Of a stretch of 64,000 bases of DNA, positions 20,398-29,463 are shown piece after piece (the first letter of the stretch is position 1; each line of letters begins with the position of its first letter). Both the position numbers and the translations under genes were made by a program. The stretch is from Paracoccaceae bacterium (GTDB lineage: Bacteria > Pseudomonadota > Alphaproteobacteria > Rhodobacterales > Rhodobacteraceae): positions 64,121 to 128,120 of the forward strand of contig JBNLBF010000008.1 in assembly GCA_050302475.1 (NCBI GenBank), in the 5' to 3' direction. The notes under the pieces are model-generated. The model was not told the DNA's origin and did no database searches. It was given only the letters and a program-made list of their open reading frames with translations.

Positions 20398-21941
20398 CCC
20401 GGCAAATCCGGCTGATATCGGGTTTCTTTACGGTCGGCATCTGGACGCTGGCCAGTCGGATTCTGGGTTTTGTCCGCGACATCATGATCGCTGCCTTTTT
20501 GGGTGCAGGTCCGGTGGCCGAGGCGTTCCTGATCGCTTTTGCCCTGCCCAACATGTTCCGCCGGTTTTTTGCCGAGGGGGCGTTTAACACCGCCTTCGTA
20601 CCGATGTTTGCCAAACGGGTGGAGGACGGATCCGACGCGAAAGGCTTTGCCGAAGACGCGCTGTCCGGCCTTGCAGGTGTGCTGATCCTCTTCACGCTTA
20701 TCGCGCAACTTTTCATGCCATGGTTGGTGCTGGCCATGGCGAGCGGCTATCTGGGTGATGCGCGCTTTGACATGGCGACCGACTTCGGGCGGGTTGCCTT
20801 TCCTTATATCCTGTTTATCTCGCTGGCCGCGTTGTTCAGCGGTGTGCTGAACTCCTTAGGCCGGTTTGCCGCCGCAGCGGCTGCGCCGGTGCTGCTGAAT
20901 GTGATCCTGATCAGCGCGATGGTGCTGGCCGTTCAACTGGGGTGGGACATTGGTTGGGCGCTGTCATGGGCCGTCCCCGTTGCCGGTATCGCGCAGCTGG
21001 CGCTGGTCTGGTGGGCGGCGGCGCGGGCCGGAATGGCGCTGCGCCTCCGGGTGCCGCGCCTGACACCCGAACTGAAACGGTTGGCCATCATCGCCGCCCC
21101 GGCAGCACTGGCTGGCGGGGTTGTGCAGGTGAATCTGCTGATCGGGCGGCAGGTGGCCTCGCAATTCGAAGGGGCGGTGGCGTGGCTGAACTATGCGGAC
21201 CGTCTGTATCAGTTGCCGCTGGGCGTTGTGGGCATCGCGATTGGTGTCGTGCTGCTGCCTGATCTGTCGCGTCGTCTGCGTGCGGGTGATGAGACAGGAG
21301 GGCGGCACTCCATCAACCGCGCCGCTGAATTCACGCTGCTATTGTCCCTGCCTGCCGCCGCTGCGTTGGTGGCGATTGCGCTGCCGCTGGTATCCGTCAT
21401 GTTTGAACGAGGGGCGTTTGATCGTCAGGATGCCGAAGCAACCGCGCTGGCAGTGATGATTTATGGCGTTGGATTACCCAGTTTCGTTTTGGCAAAAGTG
21501 CTCTCGCCCGTTTTTTTCGCGCGGGAGAATACCAAAACGCCGTTCTATTTCGCGCTGGTGTCGATGGTGATCAACGCGGCTCTGGCGGTTGGGCTTATGC
21601 CGATGATCGGCTATGTCGCGGCGGCGATTGGAACAACTGTTGCCGGATGGGCGATGCTGGCAATGTTGTGGATCGGGGCGCGTCGCTATGGTGACGCGGC
21701 CGCGATGGATACACGGCTGAAACAGCGGTTGCCAAGGATTACGTTGGCAAGCCTTGTCATGGGTGTGGCCGTCTGGGGGGCGGCGCAGCTGATGGCGGCG
21801 GGACTCTTCAGCCCAACCGCCCGGTATCTGTGGTTGCTACTGCTGGTGACAGGCGGGATGGTGGTATATTGCGTTGCGGTGATCGGCTTGAAGGCAAGTT
21901 CGATCACTGATCTGAAATCCGCACTGCGCCGTCAGCGTTGA
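20394..21941 (+). CDS. murJ: lipid II flippase MurJ
   Basis: 515 aa, 14-TM MOP-family protein with N-terminus typical of MurJ/MviN (RDIMIAAFLGAG..DAF..AF..PNMFRR). ATGA overlap with glnD. Confidence 0.92.
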   Translation: MTRQIRLISGFFTVGIWTLASRILGFVRDIMIAAFLGAGPVAEAFLIAFALPNMFRRFFAEGAFNTAFVPMFAKRVEDGSDAKGFAEDALSGLAGVLILFTLIAQLFMPWLVLAMASGYLGDARFDMATDFGRVAFPYILFISLAALFSGVLNSLGRFAAAAAAPVLLNVILISAMVLAVQLGWDIGWALSWAVPVAGIAQLALVWWAAARAGMALRLRVPRLTPELKRLAIIAAPAALAGGVVQVNLLIGRQVASQFEGAVAWLNYADRLYQLPLGVVGIAIGVVLLPDLSRRLRAGDETGGRHSINRAAEFTLLLSLPAAAALVAIALPLVSVMFERGAFDRQDAEATALAVMIYGVGLPSFVLAKVLSPVFFARENTKTPFYFALVSMVINAALAVGLMPMIGYVAAAIGTTVAGWAMLAMLWIGARRYGDAAAMDTRLKQRLPRITLASLVMGVAVWGAAQLMAAGLFSPTARYLWLLLLVTGGMVVYCVAVIGLKASSITDLKSALRRQR

Positions 21942-22630
21942 CGCATCTGATCGATAAATCCGCGCACGCGCTGTAACCCGTCAGGACCAAGAACATAGGA
22001 TAGCAGAAAGCCGGTTCCCAACCCGGCGAACCGGTTTATCCATTCGTCATCCCCCCGGATGGCGAAGTGAAAAACAATCTGCATCACGACCAGAAACCCG
22101 ACGAGTTGAAGCGCCGTTTTGCTCCCTCTTTTCAGCGTGCCCGGACGATAAATCATCATCCAGACCACGGCACCAAGGAATCCGTAAACAGCTGTGAACA
22201 GCCCGACCAGATACTGGTTGTGGCTGCCCAGCAACCCGACAGCCAACGCGCCGACAAAATTGACGATTACAAAGAGCGCGACAACCGAAAGCGGATGAAA
22301 ATAATCCGCAACACCTTTTCCGATCGCCAGAAACATCAGGCCTGCCATTATGGCGTGTTGACCGGAGAAATGCATGAAAGGAAAGGTCACGAAGCGATGC
22401 AGCGTTTCCCAGTCATACACGTGATTGACCCGCATATATTCGAACAGCGTGTCAACGAAGCCGTATTTCTGGATAAGATCGACGCGTAATCCCAGAAGCT
22501 CGGGACGACCGATCATGTCGCGCTGGGTCAGCTGGAACAGAATTTCCAGACCGGTAACCAGCAGAAAGATAGCCAGAATAACAGGCGGAATCCGATTGAT
22601 CGGCGAGGCATTGGCATTGGGATCGAACAT
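21932..22630 (-). CDS. rhomboid-like intramembrane protein (family assignment tentative)
   Basis: About 230 aa, 6 TM segments, [10 protein letters not shown] and GAVVWM motifs. Start set to ATG 22630. Confidence 0.45.
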   Translation of the reverse strand: MFDPNANASPINRIPPVILAIFLLVTGLEILFQLTQRDMIGRPELLGLRVDLIQKYGFVDTLFEYMRVNHVYDWETLHRFVTFPFMHFSGQHAIMAGLMFLAIGKGVADYFHPLSVVALFVIVNFVGALAVGLLGSHNQYLVGLFTAVYGFLGAVVWMMIYRPGTLKRGSKTALQLVGFLVVMQIVFHFAIRGDDEWINRFAGLGTGFLLSYVLGPDGLQRVRGFIDQMRQR

Positions 22631-22707
22631 GCACACTCCTGTTGACGCTGGGCGCGGCTGGCGCGATAAGTCGCGCACAATTGAAACCATGTAAAGGAAG
22701 AATTGCC

Positions 22708-23727
22708 ATGACGGAAGCGGTCCACACGCATCGCGTCTTTTCCGGCATCAAGCCATCAGGTGGCTTGCAGCTGGGAAATTATCTGGGTGCCATCAAGCGC
22801 TTTGTTGATATGCAGGAGGAAGGTCTGGAGACCATCTATTGCGTTGTCGACATGCACGCGATCACCGTCTGGCAAGACCCTGAAGAGCTGCGCCATGCAA
22901 CCCGCGAGCTGACGGCGGCCTATATCGCCAGCGGTATTGATCCGGATCAGTCGATCCTGTTCAACCAAAGCCAGGTCTCCGCCCATGCGGAACTCGGCTG
23001 GATTTTCAACTGTGTGGCGCGCGTCGGTTGGATGAATCGGATGACGCAGTTCAAGGATAAGGCCGGGAAGAACCGCGAGAATGCCTCGCTGGGGCTTTAT
23101 GCCTACCCATCCCTGATGGCAGCGGACATTCTGATCTATCACGCAACCCATGTGCCGGTGGGCGAGGATCAGAAGCAGCATGTGGAACTGACGCGCGACA
23201 TCGCGCAGAAGTTCAACAATGACTATGGCGTCGATTTCTTTCCGATCACCGAGCCGGTTATCGAAGGTCCGGCCATGCGGGTGATGAACCTGCGCGACGG
23301 AACCAAGAAGATGTCGAAATCCGGTCAGTCGGATATGGAACGGATCAATATGACCGACGACGCCGACACGATTGCGAAGAAGTTCCGGAAGGCCAAGACC
23401 GATCCTGAACCGCTGCCGGAATCGCTGGAGGGTCTGAAAGACCGCCCCGAAGCCCGTAATCTGGTGGAGATTTACGCGGCGCTGTCGGACGTAACCCCCG
23501 AGGCCGTGATCGGTGAATATGCCGGGGCGCAATGGGGGCAGTTCAAGCCGGCGCTGGCGGATCTGGCGGTGGCGAAACTGTCACCGATTTCGACGCGGAT
23601 GGCGGAACTGATGGACGACCCGGCAGAGATTGACCGGCTGCTGGTCAAAGGCTCTGACAAGGCCCGCGCGATTGCGGAGCCGATCCTGCAGAAGACCTAC
23701 GATATCGTCGGGTTCGTTCGGGGGTAG
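22708..23727 (+). CDS. trpS: tryptophan--tRNA ligase
   Basis: Class I aaRS with [25 protein letters not shown]-like region. Start at ATG 22708 with AAGGAAG SD. Confidence 0.95.
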   Translation: MTEAVHTHRVFSGIKPSGGLQLGNYLGAIKRFVDMQEEGLETIYCVVDMHAITVWQDPEELRHATRELTAAYIASGIDPDQSILFNQSQVSAHAELGWIFNCVARVGWMNRMTQFKDKAGKNRENASLGLYAYPSLMAADILIYHATHVPVGEDQKQHVELTRDIAQKFNNDYGVDFFPITEPVIEGPAMRVMNLRDGTKKMSKSGQSDMERINMTDDADTIAKKFRKAKTDPEPLPESLEGLKDRPEARNLVEIYAALSDVTPEAVIGEYAGAQWGQFKPALADLAVAKLSPISTRMAELMDDPAEIDRLLVKGSDKARAIAEPILQKTYDIVGFVRG

Positions 23728-23783
23728 TGCCTCCATTCAGTGCGGATGTTGTCGATATATCCTTGCCCGGAATCATGGTGTCA

Positions 23784-23925
23784 GCCGCCGGGCGAACGCC
23801 AGCCCGTCACGGCGGGCCGGCGCTTCTCCAGCGGAGTGCCACGCGCAGCAGGAAGAAGTGATAGTCGAGCACAAAGTGCCCTGAATGGAGGTTATAGCGC
23901 CACCCCACGGGCAGGCGCTCGCCCC
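23784..23925. repeat. MITE-like repeat element, copy A (imperfect terminal inverted repeats)
   Basis: Shares 5' (GCCRCCGGGCGARCGCCWGCCCGTC) and 3' (GCGCCACCCCACGGGCAGGCGCTCGCCC) termini plus internal GGCGCTTCT and AAGTGCCCT blocks with copy B at 50590-50729. Sits between convergent genes. Confidence 0.6.
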
Positions 23926-23955
23926 ATGTCATTCGATGGGTGGAAACCTCGAACC

Positions 23956-24444
23956 CTACAATTTTTTAAACATCACATACGCATCCACGAACCCTTTCGC
24001 TGGATGCTGAAACGCGGCGGGCAGAGTGCCGACAATCTCAAATCCGAGTTTCTGCCACAGGCCAACCGCCCCGGTATTTGTGGAGGCAACGAAGTTGAAC
24101 TGCATCGCTGTGAACCCCATTTGGCGCGCCTCGTTCTGCGAAAATGTGCACATCATCGATGCGATCCCGCGCCCCCGCGCCTGATCCGCAACCACGTAGC
24201 CGCAATTGCAGACATGCGCGCCCGGTCCTCCGTGATTGGGTTTGATGTAAAACGTTCCCAGAATCTCGTTCCGTGTCCCCAGCGCGACATAGGTGGCCTG
24301 CGGTGCCGTGATCCATAGCTGATGGGCATCCGCTTCGCTCAGGTCCGTGGGCAGGCCATACGTCTCACCCGCCCGAAAGACAGGTTCCAGGATTCCCCAG
24401 ACGCCGGGCCAGTAGCTTTCCTTGAAGGGCAGAACGCGAAACAT
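23956..24444 (-). CDS. GNAT family N-acetyltransferase
   Basis: 162 aa. Acetyl-CoA motif QARGRGIASMM, C-terminal GFEIVG. Confidence 0.75.
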   Translation of the reverse strand: MFRVLPFKESYWPGVWGILEPVFRAGETYGLPTDLSEADAHQLWITAPQATYVALGTRNEILGTFYIKPNHGGPGAHVCNCGYVVADQARGRGIASMMCTFSQNEARQMGFTAMQFNFVASTNTGAVGLWQKLGFEIVGTLPAAFQHPAKGFVDAYVMFKKL

Positions 24445-24535
24445 ATCTGAAAATTGGCTTCGGCGCCGTTCAAGGTCAACAGACAGTTGCGTGAAGTTGC
24501 GAAACTGGCAATGATAGTGGCAGGGAGATCACGAC

Positions 24536-24994
24536 ATGCGCAAATTTCTGGTTGTCATGGATGACAGCACCGAATTTCTGAACGCCCTGCGGTTCGCCGC
24601 AATCCGGGCCAAGAAAACCGGCGGCGGGGTGGAAATCCTCGGGATTATCGCCCCCGAGGAATTTCAGCACTGGATCGGCGTCGGCGACGTGATGCGTCAG
24701 GAAGCGCGCGAGCGTATCGAAGAGCATTTCAAAGTCTTTTCCAAATGGATGGTCGATAATGAGGGGATCACCCCGGAACTGGTGATCCGCGAAGGCGAGA
24801 AAGCCGCCGAGGTTCTGGCCCAGATCGAAGACGACCCAGAGGTGGGCGTTCTGGTGTTAGGGGCCGGATCAACGGGGGACGGACCCGGGCCGCTGGTATC
24901 CCAACTGGTCGGCCGACAGGCAGGCGAGTTATCCGTGCCGATCACCGTGGTGCCCGGAGGGCTGACCAAGGAACGGATTATCGAGATCAGTTAG
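24536..24994 (+). CDS. universal stress protein (UspA family)
   Basis: 152 aa. KFLVVMDDS...VLVLGAGS...VPGG Usp fold signature. Confidence 0.8.
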   Translation: MRKFLVVMDDSTEFLNALRFAAIRAKKTGGGVEILGIIAPEEFQHWIGVGDVMRQEARERIEEHFKVFSKWMVDNEGITPELVIREGEKAAEVLAQIEDDPEVGVLVLGAGSTGDGPGPLVSQLVGRQAGELSVPITVVPGGLTKERIIEIS

Positions 24995-25842
24995 GCCGGG
25001 TCCTTGTGGATGATCACCTCGGCATTCGGGACCTCTGACAGGATTTTCCGTCGCAGACCAGCCCCGATATCATGCGCCTCTTTCAGGGGAAGCTGACCAT
25101 CAACCTCGATATGTATTTGCACAAATGTGCGGTTCCCAGCTGTGCGGGTTTTCAGATCGTGGAAACCTTCGATCCCGGGCCAGTCGCGGGCGATAGCCTC
25201 GATCTGCTCAATCGTCTTCGGATCTGTCTGCCGATCCATCAGCGCGTCAAACGCGCCTTTGCCAATTCGCCAGCTGTTAAACAGCAGGAACGCCGCGGCA
25301 GCGATGGCGATGACACTGTCAATATAGACGATGCCCCACAGGGCGGAGGCGACAAGCGCCACGATTGCCCCGATATTTGGCAGCAAATCCGACAGGTAAT
25401 GCAGGCTGTCTGCCGCCACGACTTTGTTCCCGGTTCGCCGCGCGACACGGCGCTGATACCAGACCAGCAGGATTGTCAGGAAAACCGAGATCACCATGAC
25501 GGTGATCCCCTCAGTCTCGGAAGCCAGCAGAACCGGTGTATTTCCGAACAGCCGGGTGAAGGCCGTGTAGCCAATAACCAATCCGGATATGCCGACCAGC
25601 AAAGCCTGCCCCAAACTGGCGAGATCCTCCGCCGAGGTGTGGCCGAACTGGTGATCCTCATCCGCGGGACGCGCGGCATAAATGATTGCCAGCAATCCGG
25701 TCAGTGACACGACCAGATCAAGTGCGGAATCCGTGAGGCTGGCAGCAATAGACAGCGCGCCGGTTTCACCCAGCGCCCACAGCTTCAGTCCGACCAGCAG
25801 CACCGCCACCATGACCGAGGCCGCCCCCGCCGTCAGGTTCAT
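24991..25842 (-). CDS. cation diffusion facilitator (CDF) family metal efflux transporter
   Basis: Six TM + cytoplasmic domain. HYLSDLL and DSALD motifs. Start at ATG 25842. Confidence 0.85.
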   Translation of the reverse strand: MNLTAGAASVMVAVLLVGLKLWALGETGALSIAASLTDSALDLVVSLTGLLAIIYAARPADEDHQFGHTSAEDLASLGQALLVGISGLVIGYTAFTRLFGNTPVLLASETEGITVMVISVFLTILLVWYQRRVARRTGNKVVAADSLHYLSDLLPNIGAIVALVASALWGIVYIDSVIAIAAAAFLLFNSWRIGKGAFDALMDRQTDPKTIEQIEAIARDWPGIEGFHDLKTRTAGNRTFVQIHIEVDGQLPLKEAHDIGAGLRRKILSEVPNAEVIIHKDPA

Positions 25843-25853
25843 GCGCTTATCGC

Positions 25854-26705
25854 TCAAAACCACTGTCCGGGTTCCATAAAGCCAAGCTCCATCAATTGCT
25901 GGGAGTCCCAATCAAATTTCCCGCTGCCGCCCCAGTGAAAATTCTGTATCGCCTCGGCAGACCCGGGATTATGCATCAACACCTTGGCGACGCGGAACGA
26001 CATCACCGCCATGGTCAGGTTATGGTGCCACTCACAGGATATCGTGTTCAATTCCGGTTCCGACAGGCGCAAATCCTCGCCAATCGTCAGGCCCTTGGTG
26101 ACCTTGAACAGCGCAATCCGGTCGATACGGCGTTTTTCCCACGGGATATGCTCCTCGTACCGCCAGCGCAGGCCGCCGAAAATCTCGGGCTGACGCTCGA
26201 CCATGTCGGGGCCGTCATACCGGTCCATCCCGTAATAACCCGACAGGTCCAGATGCGCCGACCCCAGATCGACGCCCGACCGGTGATCCGGCAGGTTTTC
26301 GGGATAAAGGTCAATGGCGTAACTATAGACGGAGGTCCGGCGCTCTTCCTCCATGAAGGTGAGGGCGTCTTTGATAGACCTTGTCTCGCAGAACGGGAAA
26401 TACAGATATTCGGCGTTGAAACAGTAGTAGATCCAGCACCCCTCAGCCTGAGAGATGACCATGTTGAGGATTTCCAGCGAATCCTCCAGTTCGTTCAGCT
26501 CGGCATAGAAGGTTCGGACATTTTCCAGATCTTCGAACGCGGATTGGCCGACGGCTCCGACCACCAGAATCGTTCCGAAGCCCAGCTTCTGGTGATGGCG
26601 GACGGTGCTGTCGAGCTCCACCTCGTCCTCGGCCAGGATGACCGCGACGGGCGAGGTCAGGTCATGGCTTTGTAGATAGCTTTGCAACTCGGGGTTTGGC
26701 ATCAT
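25854..26705 (-). CDS. hypothetical protein (conserved-looking, no recognisable domain)
   Basis: 283 aa soluble protein. Start set to MMPNPELQ. Confidence 0.4.
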   Translation of the reverse strand: MMPNPELQSYLQSHDLTSPVAVILAEDEVELDSTVRHHQKLGFGTILVVGAVGQSAFEDLENVRTFYAELNELEDSLEILNMVISQAEGCWIYYCFNAEYLYFPFCETRSIKDALTFMEEERRTSVYSYAIDLYPENLPDHRSGVDLGSAHLDLSGYYGMDRYDGPDMVERQPEIFGGLRWRYEEHIPWEKRRIDRIALFKVTKGLTIGEDLRLSEPELNTISCEWHHNLTMAVMSFRVAKVLMHNPGSAEAIQNFHWGGSGKFDWDSQQLMELGFMEPGQWF

Positions 26706-26818
26706 TCTCTCCGTCCCGAAGGCATAGCAAAAGCGCACCGCCAAGGGAAAGCCGAAACCGCACGCATTGCGCAGGTTTTATCAGTGCGGTAAAGGGGCGG
26801 GAATCCAGAAGGTAAAAA

Positions 26819-28129
26819 ATGTCCGACCCCAAGAAACTATTTGTCAAAACCTATGGCTGCCAGATGAACGTTTACGACAGTGAACGTATGGCCGAAGCCA
26901 TGGGATCGGACGGGTATGTGGAAACGGACAGCCCCGATGATGCGGACATGATCCTGCTGAACACCTGCCATATCCGCGAGAAGGCGGCGGAAAAGGTCTA
27001 TTCCGAACTTGGTCGGTATCGGAAACTGAAAGAAGGCAAGCCCGACCTGAAGATCGGCGTCGCCGGGTGTGTCGCGCAGGCCGAGGGCGAGGAGATCATG
27101 CGCCGCCAGCCGTTGGTCGATCTGGTGGTTGGCCCGCAATCCTATCACCGCCTGCCGGAAATGGCGGCGAAGGCCGGGCATGGCGTCAAGCAGATCGACA
27201 CGGAATTTCCCGAAGAAGACAAGTTCGACCATCTGCCCCGCGGCCCAAAGGCCCGGCGCGCGCCTGCCGCGTTTCTGACCGTGCAGGAAGGCTGCGATAA
27301 ATTCTGCGCCTTCTGCGTCGTGCCTTATACGCGGGGGGCCGAGGTCTCCCGCCCCGCCGAACGCCTGATGGCCGAAGCCCGCGATCTGGTGGAACGCGGC
27401 GTGGTTGAGGTCACGTTGCTGGGGCAGAACGTCAACGCTTATCATGGACCCGAGGGCTGGACGCTGGCGAAACTGATCCGCGAGATGGCGAAAATCGACG
27501 GGCTGGAACGTATCCGCTTTACGACATCCCACCCCAATGACATGGATGATGACCTGATCGCCGCACATGGCGAGGTGGAGAAACTGATGCCTTATCTGCA
27601 CCTGCCGGTGCAATCGGGATCGGACAAGGTGCTGAAGGCGATGAATCGCAAACATACGGCGGAGCACTATCTGCGTCTGCTGGAACGCATTCGCGAGGCA
27701 CGCCCGGATATCGCCCTTTCCGGCGATTTCATCGTTGGCTTCCCGGGCGAGGACGAAGCGGATTTCGAAGACACGCTCGCGCTCTGTCGCGAGGTGAAAT
27801 ATGCGCAGGCTTATTCGTTCAAATACTCCGCCCGTCCCGGCACGCCGGCGGCGGATCGTGCCCATGTGGACGAGAGTGTGAAAGCGGACCGGCTGGCCCG
27901 GTTGCAGGAACTGCTGAACCAGCACCAGTATGACTTCCAGGCATCCATGGTGGGGAAAACCCTGCCCGTTTTGCTGGAAAAACCGGGGCGCGAGGCCGGA
28001 CAGATAGTAGGCAAATCACCCTATCTTCAGGCGGTTCACGTGGATGCCGACCAGGCAGATGTCGGGAAAATCGTCCAGGCGGAGATCATCAAATCACAGA
28101 AAAACTCACTATCTGGTGTGGTCGTCTGA
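26819..28129 (+). CDS. miaB: tRNA-2-methylthio-N6-dimethylallyladenosine synthase MiaB
   Basis: 436 aa. UPF0004 N-domain (KTYGCQMN), radical-SAM [15 protein letters not shown] domain. Confidence 0.95.
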   Translation: MSDPKKLFVKTYGCQMNVYDSERMAEAMGSDGYVETDSPDDADMILLNTCHIREKAAEKVYSELGRYRKLKEGKPDLKIGVAGCVAQAEGEEIMRRQPLVDLVVGPQSYHRLPEMAAKAGHGVKQIDTEFPEEDKFDHLPRGPKARRAPAAFLTVQEGCDKFCAFCVVPYTRGAEVSRPAERLMAEARDLVERGVVEVTLLGQNVNAYHGPEGWTLAKLIREMAKIDGLERIRFTTSHPNDMDDDLIAAHGEVEKLMPYLHLPVQSGSDKVLKAMNRKHTAEHYLRLLERIREARPDIALSGDFIVGFPGEDEADFEDTLALCREVKYAQAYSFKYSARPGTPAADRAHVDESVKADRLARLQELLNQHQYDFQASMVGKTLPVLLEKPGREAGQIVGKSPYLQAVHVDADQADVGKIVQAEIIKSQKNSLSGVVV

Positions 28130-28169
28130 GGGCCCAATCACAAGTTATAGTGCTACTGTGTCGTTTGAG

Positions 28170-28219
28170 TCACATAAACAAATTCTTCTAACTTATTAGA
28201 TTCACATAAGAAATTTTTC
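28170..28219 (+). promoter_or_regulatory. AT-rich direct repeats (candidate operator/promoter) upstream of the small-ORF/OmpA-like/lipoprotein cluster
   Basis: TCACATAAACAAATTCTTC at 28170-28188 and TCACATAAGAAATTTTTC at 28202-28219, in an unusually low-GC intergenic region. Confidence 0.35.
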
Positions 28220-28271
28220 TGCTACCTTTTACACATGCCGGCGTTAGATCGGCGACAAAGAGGCAGAAACA

Positions 28272-28421
28272 ATGTTCAGAGCAATCATGATCGCCCTAGT
28301 GGCGGGCACTATTCAGTCTATGGCGCCATATTTTGAGGAACCGGTAGATGCCGGAACTCTGTATGCGCTGTTGGCGACAGAAACCTCTGAGAACCAGTTA
28401 TGGATGAACCAGTATGAGTAA
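28272..28421 (+). CDS. putative 49-aa leader-like small protein (not in ORF track)
   Basis: MFRAIMIALVAGTIQSMAPYFEEPVDAGTLYALLATETSENQLWMNQYE. Stop overlaps the ATG of the downstream OmpA-family gene (ATGAGTAA). Confidence 0.3.
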   Translation: MFRAIMIALVAGTIQSMAPYFEEPVDAGTLYALLATETSENQLWMNQYE

Positions 28422-28959
28422 GGCAGCATTTGTTGTCCTTGCACTCGGCATGGCCATTTTGGCCTTGCCGGGGCAAAGCAAGGCCGGAAACTCTGACAGC
28501 TACCCCGCCGCGATTTGGATTGATCCCGACGGGTGTGAACATTGGGTCTTGGACCTCGGGGTTGAGGGGATGATGTCCCCGCATCTCGACCGCGAAGGTA
28601 GACCGGTCTGCGGTCGTAATCCGAATATCTGCATGGAATTTCCCTCGGACATCATGTTCGAGACCGCAAAATGGAACCTGTCCAACGAGATGGTCGACCG
28701 CTTGACGGTCTTCTTCAGCGATTCCATGGCTGATGGCATTCACTATTTCACCATCGCTGGACATACCGACAACGTCGGTGACGAATTCTACAACTACGAT
28801 CTGGGACGCAAACGCGCGCAATCTGTCGCGGCCATTGCCAACCAGATCGGGGCAATCTCGCGTACTGACACGTATGGCGAGATGCAACCGATCGCATCAA
28901 ACGACACTCCCGACGGTCGCGCCCGCAACCGCCGTGTCGAAATCTTTTGTAGCCGGTGA
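28414..28959 (+). CDS. OmpA-family protein with novel N-terminal two-Cys domain
   Basis: Signal peptide. C-terminal OmpA_C peptidoglycan-binding motifs (AGHTDNVGD..YN..LG.KRAQSV...NRRVEI). N-terminal ~40 aa domain paralogous to the next ORF. Confidence 0.8.
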   Translation: MSKAAFVVLALGMAILALPGQSKAGNSDSYPAAIWIDPDGCEHWVLDLGVEGMMSPHLDREGRPVCGRNPNICMEFPSDIMFETAKWNLSNEMVDRLTVFFSDSMADGIHYFTIAGHTDNVGDEFYNYDLGRKRAQSVAAIANQIGAISRTDTYGEMQPIASNDTPDGRARNRRVEIFCSR

Positions 28960-28967
28960 GGAGAGTG

Positions 28968-29270
28968 ATGATGAAACTGTTGAGGATCTCCACCGCCCTT
29001 CTGGCCATGACCGCGCTCGGTGCATGTGACTTTGCCATCAACCGGGATACCGGGTCCGACGCCGGTGACTTGTCCGGCATGACCGCCGGCATCTGGGTTG
29101 ACCGCAACGGTTGCGATCACTGGATTCTGGATGACGGGTTCGAGGGCTACATGTCCCCGCGCCTCGACCATGACGGAAAACCGATTTGCCGCGAAGGCGC
29201 GGTGCCCTGGTCTACGGTCTTCTTCGAAGATCATGTTTTCGGAAACCCCGGAAAGAGAGACAATAATTAA
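28968..29270 (+). CDS. small lipoprotein carrying the same two-Cys domain
   Basis: Lipobox LAMTALGAC. AGIWVDRNGCDHWILDDGFEGYMSPRLDHDGKPIC aligns with AAIWIDPDGCEHWVLDLGVEGMMSPHLDREGRPVC of the upstream ORF. GAGGAGA SD. Confidence 0.55.
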   Translation: MMKLLRISTALLAMTALGACDFAINRDTGSDAGDLSGMTAGIWVDRNGCDHWILDDGFEGYMSPRLDHDGKPICREGAVPWSTVFFEDHVFGNPGKRDNN

Positions 29271-29271
29271 G

Positions 29272-29361
29272 GAATTCGCGTAAATCGCGAATACATACCG
29301 CCGGTCCCGCTGAATTGACGTGCCCCCCCAAATCGAGACAATTCAGCAACGGGACCGGCGG
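29272..29361 (+). other. two stem-loops after the lipoprotein gene (7-bp palindrome then ~20-bp-stem hairpin)
   Basis: ATTCGCG-ttaaat-CGCGAAT at 29273-29292. CCGCCGGTCCCGCTGAATTG (29299-29318) pairs with CAATTCAGCAACGGGACCGGCGG (29339-29361). No U-tract follows. Confidence 0.45.
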
Positions 29362-29463
29362 AATTTCATGACAATTTGAAGATCGCTCGTTTTTCCCCTT
29401 GCCCGCGAGTCCGGCATTTGGCAGCATTAAGCTGCAAACCGAAATTCAAACGGACGGACCCCA

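Noticed and set aside
26837-27925. 362-aa minus-strand ORF
   Set aside because: Antisense to miaB, which has the radical-SAM CxxxCxxC motif on the + strand.
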